Of a stretch of DNA of 64,000 nt, positions 48,809-61,467 are shown one piece after another. A model generated the notes under the pieces. The model ran no database searches. It had not been told where the DNA came from and was given only the letters and a program-made list of their open reading frames with translations. Every line of letters begins with the position of its first letter. The first letter of the stretch is position 1. The stretch lies in NCBI RefSeq assembly GCF_018977255.1, contig NW_024704752.1, positions 17,174,001-17,238,000 on the forward strand. The letters run 5' to 3'. The DNA comes from Callorhinchus milii. Lineage: Eukaryota. The translations under genes and the position numbers were made by a program.

Positions 48809-51800
48809 CAAGTTTCATCACTTGCAGGGGTTTTTATCCAAACAAAACCTGCTTTTCATTCAAGCCATGGATCATCCTTTCTTAACCAGAACACAGAGGC
48901 ATCAACATGCTGATAACAAAACAAGCATCACTGGTTAATGATCTTCTGGCACCAGTTCTGCACGCTCATCACTATTTGCTGACATTGTCTGCCTGTCAGT
49001 GTTCCGTGTAGTTGCTCGTCCAGAAATAATGTGTTGGGGCAAAAGAGGTACCACAAAATGCCACTGTGGGTATTTCAGTAAATAAAATATACAACAGGAA
49101 GTTCAATTCTCTGAGGGTATCACAGAAACTGTAAAGCAATTCTCTGAGGTACCTGCACAATCTCTAAAGTAGAATCAGTATGTGTTGAAGGAGACGAGTC
49201 TCTTAGATAAATACTCCTTTGTCTGACACATGTCTACTGCAGATATGATTCTGCTTCATACAGGCCTTGCCTTTTCCTGTAAGTGTATCACATGCTTTCA
49301 ATTAGTCTTTCAATCTTAACATTTTGAAAACAGTTGTTTTGTGATAATCACTTTCCTTTTACAAACCAGAAACAAGAATAAACTGTTTCCCACAGACTTT
49401 GTGACTGTAATGAATTTCCAGGAACTGCTATAAACCGTTCACAGGATAACGCATGACTTGCACTGACTGCACTGCCATTTGGATAGTGTTTTGAACCTTG
49501 TCTAGTCATTTAGGTGTACGTTCATAGGCTGAGTGATGGATGTGAGGAACACGAGCTAATTTCTTCATACATTGATGCTTGTTAATCAGAACATCATATC
49601 AGTGCAATGATAATGGGTATAAAATAACCATGTACATGGCATGATTACCGCACAGATTGAGACATTGGGCACTAACTACGGTTAGTAAGTTAGTGCTCAA
49701 TGTGAAATGCCAACTGTGCTGTGCCATTTACAAAAGCAAACTGCTGGACATCAAGCTGCTCGTCTGTTAATGGGGTATTGCACATCTTGCGTTTGTGACA
49801 TCAATGCACTTAAACTGTACTGTTGTCTCAGTGGAGGTTTATTGGTCAGTTGAGTGGGGAAGATCCATACATTGCAGCAGTTAAAAAAAATGACTATAAA
49901 GTGCTGAAAGCCAAATAAACAATGACAAAAATGATTTATTAAATAATAAAATAAACTTGCATGGTGGGGATGCAATGAGAATTAATATGAAGAGAACAGT
50001 ATAAAATAGTTTAGAATACTTGTGGAGGCCTTTTGAGAAGTATGTGACAATCAAAGTGGGGCCTCTTTTTCCTAGATCTGACAAGTGTCACTTATTAATG
50101 CCCCTTTTCTATGCTATGTTTTTAGCATTGACCTGACACAAAAACAGCATTGGACCAACACTAAAGGTTCAATACAATGTAGTTCCAGACACGCAATCTT
50201 GAACCGCTTCACAGTTTTGAGTGATCAGTGAAACCACCTTGATTACTGAAGAGATGCCTCACCTATACATTACCCACTTCTTTTACATCTTGATCAGCTA
50301 GACTAAGGCAAAGGCTATTTCCAAATTTAAACCCAATATATTGATCGAGGTTGAAGGGAATACAATGGACGTCCTTGTGGATTTATGGACATCTATCTGC
50401 AAACAGTTAAGTCCCACTGAGAACAATGTGTAGGTCTTCCAGCGGATCCCTTGGTTTGCTTCTGCTCAGAACATCTGTTCCACGGATTCTTAAGTAACCC
50501 TTCATGAAGTATTATTTAAGTAACAGATTATATATACATTTTTTAAAATCTCATTTCTGGGGCTCATCATAGAGTAAGTCCTTACCTTCCAGCACTTATA
50601 CCCGCACCAAAATAAACCCTTTGGACACAAATTCATTCAGTGGATTAATCCTTGCCCAGTGAATTGTTCTAATTATCCTAATACTCGTCTTATTTTACGT
50701 TCCTATTGCACAAACGCGGGCCTCAGGGGCAATAACATTTTCCTTTGTATCTCCTGCTTGGAGGCACACCTCTGTATGCCTGCCTGCTGTGCTAAGCCCT
50801 TGATCTCCATGAACAGCAGCCTCTCACCACACATTCTCAGCTAATCAACAGCAAATGTGCGTTTGAAATGTGAACACGAGCTGCCACTCAGCAAGAAGGG
50901 ATTTTAGGCCAGCATTAAATGTTGAACATGCTCCATGCTGATTCCCTAGCGTGACGTCAGATTTTACTGCTAAATAAAAGGTAGCAGGCGATCGCTGGGG
51001 GATAGACTAATAATGCTGAGAGCAATGTTAAAAGAGGGGTTGAATTAACTCAGTCGGTGTTTCTTTTTTAATAGCAAGTCTTTTGTGCAAGAGTGCTCAA
51101 AGTCCCCCCGGGGCATCCAGAGTTCACAAGTCTCTGCAACAAGGAGAAAGCAGTAGGAAATGAGGGGAGAATAAAAAGATGGAACAAAAACATCAATAAG
51201 TCAAACTATAGTACTACATTATCAAGAACGATTGATATGTGTGGAAAAATAATTTCGTTTGAATTAGACTGTTTTACAGACAAAAGATTGTATCTAAAGC
51301 GCAGTCCTTGTTACATTGGAGAGAAAACCAGGACAGCAAGTGAAGGCCAGAATGATGCAAAATTGGACTGGAAATTTAATTTTAAAACTCACACCAATTC
51401 CATAGAGAGTCAAGGTAGAGTCTGTGATGGATGGGTTTGGTGCAGGGAGGATAATCCCAGAAACAAAAGTAGTCCAGAGCGTGAAATGTGATCTTAATTT
51501 ATTTTAACTTGAAAGCACTCCAAAAAAAAAGTAATTTTCTTTTAAAGTGCTGCAAGGTGAGGGGATGTTAGGCACATTACCTGGCGAAATGTAATGACCA
51601 GTAAAGGTCGAAAATAAACTCGTCGAACAATTTTCGTTCATTTTCTTTTCAATCTGCAAAATGGGAAATGTCCTAAAAGTACAGTTATCAAGACAGCACA
51701 GGCACCCAGTTGAGTCCCGCTCTATAACGTGCAAGTGTAGTGAACACTGATTTGACCTAATAGTGACAGTATTTAACGCTGCATCTCCTCTGTAACCTCT

Positions 51801-52130
51801 ACATTGAATTGTCTCACATCAGTGCGGTTCCAATTGCCAGTCAGAATGTCAAACTATCAGCCTAGGTGTTGCTAATACCATTGCTGTCCAACTGAGTCCC
51901 TTTTGCAACTCACATTGCAACAAAAAAAGGCAACTGAACTGCAAGGTGCCTCCAACAGAAAGTGCAGAGCGCAGTGCAATGGATATACGTGTCCACAACA
52001 CCCATACAGTGAAGTCGTAACCTCAACCTTGCCACCGGGACAAAGGCTACAAGTGGAGATCAAGGAGGGAGTTGAGAATTGGAAGGTATATTTGCTTCCA
52101 CAACCATCATCAGAAATGGTAAGACCATGG

Positions 52131-52276
52131 ATACATAGGAGAAGGCCACTCAACCCCTCGAGCCTGTTCCGCCATTCTATAAGATCATGACTGTTTTGTA
52201 CCTCAAATCCAATTACCCGCACTTGCCCCATATCCCTTAATATGCTGACCTAACAAATGTCTATCCACCTCAGTTT
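52131..52276 (-). mobile_element. CR1 LINE 3'UTR fragment
   Basis: ATAGGAGAAGGCCACTCAACCCCTCGAGCCTGTTCCGCCATTCTATAAGATCATG...TATCCCTTAATA...TCTATCCACCTCAG, as recalled for the reverse of shark CR1 3' ends. Confidence 0.85.
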
Positions 52277-52961
52277 AGGATTGTGTCTGCCTTCTTGGTC
52301 AAGAAATAGATTATCGAAGGACATAAATGCAATCAAAAATAACATTAAAAAAGGGGGGTGGTGCATTCTGAGGTATAAAAGCACAATCTAGACATTTATC
52401 CAGCTGTTAGCTATTAGGAATCCTGCTCACATTAACAGCTAGGAAGCAAATTGAGAAAGAGAACATAGAGCATGGTTTGGTTTGTTAATTGACTCAGTGA
52501 TGCAGTTCGTACCCTGCCAGATACCAAACACTTAGCAATTTGAAACTAGGGCAGCTGTTAAAGCATTTCCGTGAACTTTTATGCCAACAGAAGGATACAG
52601 TCTATATATTTTTTCAATTTCGCCAACGTTTCTTCACCAATTATCTTCTCTCATCCTGCACACATTAATGGTTCCACAGGCACCAAATGTCCTCCACTCC
52701 CCTTGTCCACTCATTAAATACTGTTGCCTAGCTTTTGCTGTTTCTCTTCACCATAGGAAATACATTTTCTTTCCATTTCCCTCAACGTAGGTTGTAAAGA
52801 ATTGTTTTTTTCTCATTCTTCCTCTTTCTGCTTCCTATTTAATTCCTCCCTGCAGCTCTTTTCATGATTTTACAGATTACGCTCGCAAAATCCTGCCCAA
52901 CATATTATTTATTATCATCGCCTTTAATATGTAACAACACAGGGAATACTTGATCCCAAGT

Positions 52962-52993
52962 GTTATTCCACTTGCAGGTTATTCCACTTGCAG
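52962..52993. repeat. Perfect 16-bp tandem duplication
   Basis: GTTATTCCACTTGCAG twice (52962-52977, 52978-52993). Confidence 0.97.
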
Positions 52994-53341
52994 GTGGATG
53001 TGGTAAACATTAAATTAGTATTTATAGCCCTAGCATTCGGCTTGATGCTCTGTCTTATTTTCCCATAACATTTTTCTGTACTCATCCCTCCTTACTCCTT
53101 ACTGGTTGTCCCTACTTTGCTGATTCTTCCTTTTTAAAAAAAATTCTTCTTTACTTCTCTTTACCTAAACAACTCTCTATCTGACTGTCCATCCTGAGAT
53201 GTAGTTAATACAAGCTGACAATCAGTGACAGACTGGCTCCCTGAAAGGGTTTGGGATTTTTATGTAAAACATGGGCGTCCTGGTGTCAATAATGTCACTG
53301 CTCCACATAGTTTCACAGATCTATCTTTATTTTATTTTTTT

Positions 53342-53477
53342 GGTCAGCTAAGTGTCTGACAAATGCGGAAACCCATCACCATGCTTAAGAGTATCCGAAC
53401 CCAACTGAGAATTCCATGCATCCCACCTATACACAACGACCTTCTGGAGAAAGATTGCTGGAATGGAATGTGTGTTC
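53342..53477. repeat. Unclassified interspersed repeat, copy C
   Basis: Core 61/65 identical to copy A; downstream AATGGAATGTGTGTTCT block shared with copy B. Confidence 0.9.
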
Positions 53478-53909
53478 TAACTTCGCAAAAATTGTACACC
53501 TTTTTAACATTCAGCTATCTTTTGGTGATGCCGATAAAATCAGTACTTTTTATTCACTAACAGAATAGCATAGAACTTTTATTTCACAAACAAATGTGTC
53601 GGGAAGTTTGATGCTCATTAGTACAGAGAACAGGGCGTTTGCACTTAGAGCAGTCAGCAGCAAGCACTCCTGCATCAAGCATATGTATAAATTCCATGTA
53701 ACATATGTTCCCTGCATTTCTGCCCTGACAATGTGCTTTAATTTCAACATCTGAAGATGCTGATCATCCCTGTTGCTTCAATGTGATTTTTTCTGCTTCT
53801 TGCGTTAACAATCCTTCCGGCATTTTGAGCAAAATTGTCAGTTTTAGTGTTATTCTAAGATGGGAAGTTTTATGCCGTGCCTCACCGTTCATGATAACTT
53901 GCCTGGGGC

Positions 53910-54018
53910 TCCCCTGGTTCATTTCACAAAGGGTCTACATAGCCAAAGGGCAGAGAATTTAGGCTTAATTCAAACCCAATGACCAGGGGTGAACAGGGAA
54001 CATGCTAATAACCCAATA
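53910..54018 (-). mobile_element. Possible ancient LF-SINE-like 5' relic
   Basis: Minus strand TTCACCCCTGGTCATTGGGTTTGAATTAAGCC...CCCTTTGTGAAATGAACC versus recalled LF-SINE TTCACCTCTAGGTCACTGGTTCGAATCCAGCC...CCTATGTGAAATGAG. Confidence 0.5.
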
Positions 54019-54019
54019 G

Positions 54020-54079
54020 AGGGCCGTCCTCGCGACATGAAAGGCGCTATACAAATGTCATTTGTAGTTGTTGTTGTTG
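54020..54079 (+). mobile_element. L2 3' tail fragment
   Basis: GGGCCGTCCTCGCGACATGAAAGGCGCTATACAAATGTCATTTGTAG(TTG)n. Confidence 0.8.
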
Positions 54080-54554
54080 CACCGCTTAGTCTTCGTGACA
54101 TTAAAAATAGGCTGGAAATAATCATTTTGTTGCAAATTCCTACTTTGTTCGTGTTTTAGAATTTTTTTTTGTAGCAGAAAGGGTTACGTAAGTAAGGACC
54201 TTCACACAACTGTGACTCTCCATACAATATTTAGCACTGTCCACGACAATCAGAGCTGCATTTTTTCCACGTTGACATACAGAATGCTCCATTTTAATCC
54301 GATTTTAAAAATGTGAAATATGTTGTTGATCTTTCAATCAGATATCAGATAGACTCACTTGTGTCAATCTGCACCTGCCTGGGTTTCTGCTGCATTGTGA
54401 TAGGAGTTGATAAGGTCAACATCCCAAATGGAAAACACTGGTAACTTAATGGTACTTCAGTTTGCAGACAGTATGGTTTAACCACAGCAGGGTCTTATTT
54501 GTGTGCATAGGAAGATTGAAATTGGACATTTATTTCTTCCTCTATATCATATAT

Positions 54555-54803
54555 AATCCGCGACTCTTTGTGGGACACTCCTGTGCACAATTGGCTGCCA
54601 CGTTTCAACAACAAGATTCCATTTATAAAGCGCCTTTCACGTCAGGAGGACATCCCAAGGCGCTGCACAGTTGGGTCATGACCCGAGCAGGGGTTTCGCC
54701 CACAAAACATAGTCAATTCACTTTATAGTATATTCTGTGAAGCGCTTTGAGACGTCTTGAAGACCTGATAAAGCGCTATATCAAATGCAAGGATTATTCT
54801 TAT
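54555..54803 (+). mobile_element. SINE 3' half interrupted by an inverted L2 tail insertion
   Basis: Consensus ...TTGGCTGCCACGTTTC / GCCCACAAAA... is split by 54607-54692. Confidence 0.88.
54607..54692 (-). mobile_element. Nested L2 3' tail fragment with 5-bp target-site duplication
   Basis: AACAACAAGATTCCATTTATAAAGCGCCTTTCACGTCAGGAGGACATCCCAAGGCGCTGCACAG flanked by GTTTC at 54602-54606 and 54693-54697. Confidence 0.85.
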
Positions 54804-56162
54804 TTTATATGCATAAGAATGTAAGAATATAAGTCTTGTCTCACGGTTTATGTGGGCTGTTGATGAATGAAGCAGCTTTCTCCTCCCTGTGACACAAACA
54901 CTGCATTCAACAGTTTGAGACTGCTGTGCCAGACAGACACCCTTTCTATTCTTGCTTGTTAAATATATTGGGCATCACTTTTCCTCCGCCAGTAACACTG
55001 AGTGGTTTTGTTGTCATGCTGACTAGAATTTTAACCTGGAAGCACTGGCAGGAAACCATTTTCATTTTGTCTCCAGTGCTCATGTTATTAAGTTATTGAT
55101 GGAGCTTCCTGAAGGAATTGTAGCCTAGCTCTTATGCTAAATATATCATTCAATTTGCCCATTGTGTGCCAGTGTTACTAGCAATTACATCTATTGCCCT
55201 TTTATTGTTTGATCCTTTACTTTTGTTAACAAAGAAAGTGGGTGGAACATAGTTATTGGAATCATAATTTCTGTTTCAGAAGTGCTATAAAGATTCTAAT
55301 TGAGATTGTTCTGGTTTTGTATCTTTAGTGTATGGTTTCTCTTGCAAAGTCTTGGCAGATGATCTCTTGATCTCACTATTGTCCTCTACAATCCGGTTAC
55401 TATGCTCTTTGCCAAATTGCGTGCCCAGGGACTAACACTACCCCATTTGTAGTGATTTACTTGATGCATTGGTACAGTTTGGCGTTACACTTCCAGAATC
55501 TTTTGAAATGGTGAATAATACTGTACAGAACAGTAGTTATGCCTTTTAAGCTTTATTGGTGATCCAAATTGGCAACAAGAAAATAGAAAGCAGGTATTAA
55601 AGACACAATCAATAGAAAATAAAACACACTGGTGTCATGAATCTCAGACAGCGCTGCACATAAATTTTCTCTCTGCTTCAACAAAGCCAGCTTTCTTTAA
55701 ATCATCTCCTTGCCCTGAAGGCAGGGGTCGCTTGAGTTCTCTGACTGTCCTCACAACAATATCTGAAATGAACTGGCAGCTTTGTGAGTCCTCACTCTTT
55801 TAATCTCTTCTGAGAAGTTTGAGAAATTAGAGTTTTCTTTTCAGGATATTCAAAAAAGTGCTTCATCACACCTCTAAAAAAAACAATTTTTTTATTAGAA
55901 TTATGACATTTTGCAAGACGAAAGTAACTGCCTATGTATGTTATACTATGGTTATATCAGAAGTATTAAGAATTGCTTTGCTGGTCTGGTCTTGTCTGGG
56001 TGTGAGGTGGTGACTTCAGGAATTACAGCAATAATACCATCATTGACAAATAAATCCACATCTGCCAGCTTCCTGGAACAAATAGGGTTTATATTTTTTT
56101 TAACTCTTCACACCTGTAAATCCAGGTCAGTTAATTTTTTCCCAAATACTTCAACGATATAC

Positions 56163-56566
56163 TAATAATCCTTGCATTTGATATGGTGCTTTTTCACATG
56201 GCCACAACGTTTCACAGGAGTTTTTTTAACTGGAAAATGTGGGGGTCACCGAAAAAGGCGGCAGGCAATTTGCGCAGAGCAATGCCGCACAATGAAATGA
56301 ATGACCAATTTTATCCGTTGGATAGATAGCCAGGAGACGGTTTTCTTTCTAAATAGTGCAATGGAATCTTTAACGTCTACCTGAACAGACAAATGGGACC
56401 TTGGTTTAATGTCTCATCTGAAGACAATGCAGAACCTCTGACAATGCTCCTCAAGCTTTGCATTGGAGGGGAGTCAAGACAATGAGCTCAAAGTCCTGAT
56501 TTGAGGTTCGAACCCACAACATTCTGACTCAGAGGCAAAGGTGCTACCAACTGAGCTCGGCTGACA
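56163..56566 (-). mobile_element. Deu-domain SINE, full length
   Basis: Tail TAATAATCCTTGCATTTG; core GGAATCTTTAACGTCTACCTGAACAGAC...GGTTTAATGTCTCATCTGAAG; head TTCGAACCCACAACATTCTGACTCAGAGGCAAAGGTGCTACCAACTGAGCT (minus A box AGCTCAGTTGG, B box GGTTCGAACC). Confidence 0.88.
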
Positions 56567-57929
56567 TCTGAAAATGAGATTACATTCTTATATTCTTTAT
56601 ATTCTTAAAAAACTGGAGAGACAACCTAAACCTCCCTTTAATTTCTCGCATCCTCAATTTCACCGCCCCCTAAGCATCATAACAAAGACGCTTTCTTTGA
56701 AGGATAATTAATCAGCGAGCCTGTTGAATGATTTCGCGTGATATGTTAAATCAGTAAAAATTGATATTGGCAGACCGCATGATTGGATAGGACTCACTTT
56801 AAAACTAGGGCAGTGATTGTTTTCAATAGCATCGCACGCTATATTTGAAACTCAAAACTGCTTGAACCTACAAACCCCATTGTCTGATTTTTGCTGGATT
56901 TTGGAGGCAGCCTCCTTCAGATTAACACCGGAAATTTATTTAAAGTAATAGTAATTGACGTTTTACGGGGGGTGTAGAATGTGGCTGGAATCATCAATTT
57001 ACCATAAAAGAACATTCAAATGATTTGGGTCAATAACTTACACCCAAAGGGCAACCAATTGATATTATCCCTCTCACGCATGGGGTTATTTCTCACCAAA
57101 CAACAACAATGTGGCGTATTGTAATTGTTCTTCACGTTCCAGATTATTTGGGCAAATTATTTTGCAAACGGTAGGGAAAATGGCAGGAAGACACTGCACT
57201 TCATAAAAGACGTACAGTTAGCGGTACTGTGATACCATCATGTGGCAGATATTACTTTGTGTGTGTTGCCGTGGTGATGGGGAACAGGAAGATGGCGGGA
57301 TTGTGCGGTTTGTTCCTCTCGGGTGGGGGTTGGGGGTGGGTTGAAAGGCTTTTGATGTTGTCTCTGTCGACCTGTTAACATACAAGGACCCTTAGCTGAT
57401 GTGATGCAAGGCTAGAAAGTTCTGGCAGTGGCAAACAAAAAGCTACTTGAAAGAGCCAGCCACGTTAAAGTTTACTGCAAGATAATGTAAGATAGGAAAT
57501 CGCTGAGCTGGTTTACTTGGGTGTCTTGCTATCTGGCACACCTCTCTGGAAGAAAGCTAATTTTACATTAGCTCGGTGTTCAGGCAGTTGACTGACTCTT
57601 TCATCGCACGAATGGTTTAAGGCCTAAATGTAAAGATTGGTATCAGTGCAGTGGAGTTTATGTGAAGCTCAACTGTGAAAACAGGATTTTTCCCTCATGT
57701 TCCTTTCTGACCTTTTAGAAAAGATTCCAAATACGCCACTGATTTCTGTGAAAATATGAATGGACAATGAAGGGCACAGAGTTAAATAAGACGGTGTCAG
57801 GAAAATAAGATCGGAGTGTGCTCATTGATCAAATGTTAAAAATGTGCTACATGAATTGGTAAGGTAGGTAACAAGTTGAGTGTGTAAGTCGATCAATAGT
57901 GTGTAATTCAAAAGAATTGATTCAGACAT

Positions 57930-58030
57930 TCCGGACTATTGATGAGAATACATTGAACTATTTGATTCAGTTCTGTTCTTCAAATTTTCAAGAAGATGTA
58001 AACCCTTTGCAAAGATTTCAAAGGGAACGG
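57930..58030 (+). mobile_element. Old CR1 ORF2 fragment (may extend about 57720-58090)
   Basis: 57962-58024 translates LIQFCSSNFQEDVNPLQRFQR, resembling CR1 VQFWSPHYRKDVEALERVQR. Confidence 0.55.
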
Positions 58031-58152
58031 GGGATGCTATCATGGTGAGTCTTAAACTTTGACTTAAAGCATAAAGTTATAGAACTGGAATAAGACAAGG
58101 AATATTATTCGACATCCATTTGTGCCATTTATATCTATTTATGTCCATTTAT

Positions 58153-58213
58153 GTCTGGAAGACGTGAAGAGCACTATAGCAAATGCAAGGATTATTATTA
58201 TTATATTATTATT
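58153..58213 (+). mobile_element. SINE tail
   Basis: GAAGACGTGAAGAGCACTATAGCAAATGCAAGGA(TTA)n. Confidence 0.8.
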
Positions 58214-61200
58214 TAACCCCACTTGTCCATGAGGAATGCAGACAGGTTCCAAGACAGGAAGGAGATGAGAAAGATAGTGCATCCAAGATCTGAATATGGA
58301 CTTTAGCAATGAGCAAACCTGATCGTCTCAAAGGCTTTTCGCATTCCTTATATCTTGAAAAAGATAGGGTGGTGGGGGATTAGAATTATTTTTTCCAAGG
58401 GCAGCTTGTTACATTAAAAATAAAATTTGTGCATTCTACAAATTTTGCGCAAATATATATTTACGAGCTTGCTGCCTCTGCAATACACTGATAACACAGA
58501 ATCCTGTGCCTTTAGCAACACCGTAAAGAATAACCCAAGATTCTGTTCATGCCAAAATGTGCCTTCCAACAATAGAGTCCATCAGCAACATTTAGACTGT
58601 TTAAGGTGTGTAGTGGGGGGGAAAAAAGCTAACGCAGCGTAAGGTGACTTCAGAAAATCTGTCATTTTGTCAGATCCTTGGTGACCATGTCATTAAAGGC
58701 TGACTCTCGCTTAGAATTGACAGTGCATTATTGAGGGTCATTGGCTGTGAACACGTTTAGATCAATTTGAATCAGTCTGTAATTACCCTGTTTGCTCATA
58801 GATTGATCCAGATTTACAGTGTTCCTGTGTACATTCTTCATGGCCACTGACCAGATCTTCTGAAGTTTTTAGTCAGAATCAGTTTTCCACAACGGAGAAG
58901 ACGCACTTAATTGCTTTCTTCAGCAGCTTGGGATGCTATTGAACCGATTCCAATTCCAAGAACTGAAGCCTGCCACAAAACACAGTTTGTAAAATCCATA
59001 AATGTTTATGCTTTTCAGAATTACTCAATTACAGACTGGGTGAAATGGGTTTTCACCTACAGTTGAATGAGGAAACATGTATCCTGGTTGTAATGTTATT
59101 CTTCCTTATTACATCTTTTCCTGTTTTTTCTCCTTGTCCTTTTTCTGTTCTTCTTGTAGCTTCTTTTTCACCTTCCCCAAGATGTTTGCACATCCATATT
59201 CCTCTTATCCAGTACATCTGGTTCCCCTGATATGGTTACGACTCCAGAAATCAACCAAACAAATTGCTCTTTTTTGGAGGGAGATAATTCAGATCACCTA
59301 AATGAAGGTTCAGAACATCGTTAGTCTCCAAAATAATACAACAGAATCAGGGAAGGGACACGGTGCCCACCCAGAAAGGCCTTAAAAACAATTGACGCTA
59401 ATGGGATTTCCAATTTCCAAAGTAAATCCAGGCGATTCCGAGGAGATGGAAGAGCCATAAAGAAAACCATGAGACTTTGAAAGAAACAAACAATGGGCAG
59501 AAATACTTCACAGGTGCCCTTGCTAGAATCTGTTCTTATAGAGATAGATTTTCTTCCTTCCCTGCCGTTAGAGGAAAGGAATAATTTTCCTCCGATTATA
59601 TAATTAACACTCGAGCCACTTCTGACCCAAATCTGATTTTAATCACATGAATCACTTTCTCATTGATTACTGCAGCTCTGAACAATTCCTCTCTCGTAAA
59701 AGACTTACATTGGCAATGTTAAGAAAACAAACTAAATGTGGGCCGTATTGATGCCCAAATGATAGACAGTAAAGTAATGCAAAACCAAGTGAGGTGAGGC
59801 AAGTGAGGGGGGAGACGTGGGGCCAGCTCGCAGGACTGGGTGAGAGCAGGAAAATGTGATCGACTACTAAAGACATTGGAGCTGGCCCGTTGCTACGGGA
59901 ACAAGGTAGCTTAGTTAAGCAAACTCATAGGTTGCCTCACCAGTCAAAATGGTCGCCACCTGCCACTGGCAAACCCTGTTTCATATTCATCTCATTAAAC
60001 AGGGTTCATGTTGCCATGGGATGGAAAATTGTGGCGCTGACTGCTAAGCTCACTTCAGCACATGCACGTATGCCTTACTGAATGTGTACTGTGTACAGAG
60101 TACTTCTCGAATGTCGTGCTGCCTTTGTTCCATCGCCTGATCTGTTCAGAGATGTTTCTTGCTGTAACTCCAATCCATATGTTTCCGAGGAGTGCTGGTG
60201 TCCTCGATGGAGATAAGCCTCCACCATCACCCACAGCAGGGAGTGTGAGTTGACATTTCATAATTGCACTCCCTGGAAGGATTGAAGACTTGTGGCTATG
60301 AGAATAGGAATAAATAAAGTGGCTTTATTTTTCATGTGTGCTATATGGAGGTTCATGTCATGACATTATTTTTTTCGATATACATTTGAAGAATCCTTTG
60401 GGGACACGGTACAAACCTTATCCTTTTTCAACTCCTTGCCAAACAAAATTGAAATGCAGGGTTGGGTTTTTAAGTGCAGTACAAAGCCTTGGGCAGCTAT
60501 TTTAAGTCATTGTCCCATAGTATAGTTACTAACATTCTGTAAGTTTTAAAGGGGTGCTCATAAATCACTCATGCCTTCAGTTATAGTGATTTATGAGTCT
60601 TTCACATTTATGAAAGAATAATGGAAAATCGCACACTGCCAGAGACACAATATCACATACATTTTCATGAAGATTTCTGTTTCCCTTAAAAAATGTGAAG
60701 AATAGCTATTTTTATTTACACTTTGAGCCCGGCATCAGGGTGAAGAATCCTTCTTTGAGTGTACGCAGTTTTGAAGAATCTATTACAGTGGCACCCTTGC
60801 AGTGTATTTTGCACTCAATGTAAAGAATTTAAGAATAAAAGCAGGGCTCCTGCAGTGAAAAGGATGCGTGGAACTTCTAACATGTTGAACATTGCGTTAC
60901 ACTTTACAGTTAAACCAGCATACAAGGTTGTTTTGAATCTAATAGATAGTAATGTGATTCACCAGTTCTGTTTAACACCTCATTTATTAAATGGTTTGTG
61001 CACCACTCCATGCTGAACTCGGAACCTTTTTGTGATTTCAACACGTCGCTATTGTAACGGATTACCCTGCATGAAAGATGATAAATTCATTCCCATTGCG
61101 TCCAAATGCAGAAGGAAGCTTCGTAGTTTAAGAGACATCTCTCTTTTCATATTTGTTGGCTTAACTAAGTTCAGTATTTTATCTCCAGTTTGTTGCTGAA

Positions 61201-61224
61201 CCATATATCTGTAGGTTGAAGTCT

Positions 61225-61467
61225 CACTTTGGAGCTGGAGCCCATTGTCTATGTTGATACTCCAACAGGGTGATCGATGGCTTTTGGATGAGGCTTTAAA
61301 CCACGGTTCCATCTGCCTGTCCATAGGTATATAAAAAATCACATGACACTTCCATCGCCTCATGGCTGTTTGTGGGACTTCGCTGGTGAAAATGGCTGTG
61401 TTTCCTATGATAGTAATTACTTGTGAAATTCTCTGAGACAACCTGATAGGATGCTATAAGAATGCTT
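61225..61467 (+). mobile_element. Degenerate Deu-domain SINE
   Basis: TTTTGGATGAGGCTTTAAACCACGGTTCCATCTGCCTG...GCTGTTTGTGGGAC...AAATGGCTG...GATGCTATAAGAATGC. Confidence 0.7.

Noticed and set aside
49104-49149. Spaced direct repeat CAATTCTCTGAGG (two copies), CRISPR-like spacing
   Set aside because: Only two 13-bp units, eukaryotic context and no cas genes; likely local slippage.
51093-51491. Longest ORF in the track (132 aa)
   Set aside because: Non-ATG start, no domain recognised and no exon boundaries; length compatible with chance.
60380-60785. Cluster of TGAAGAAT words
   Set aside because: Irregular spacing of a short AT-rich word, with no periodic array.
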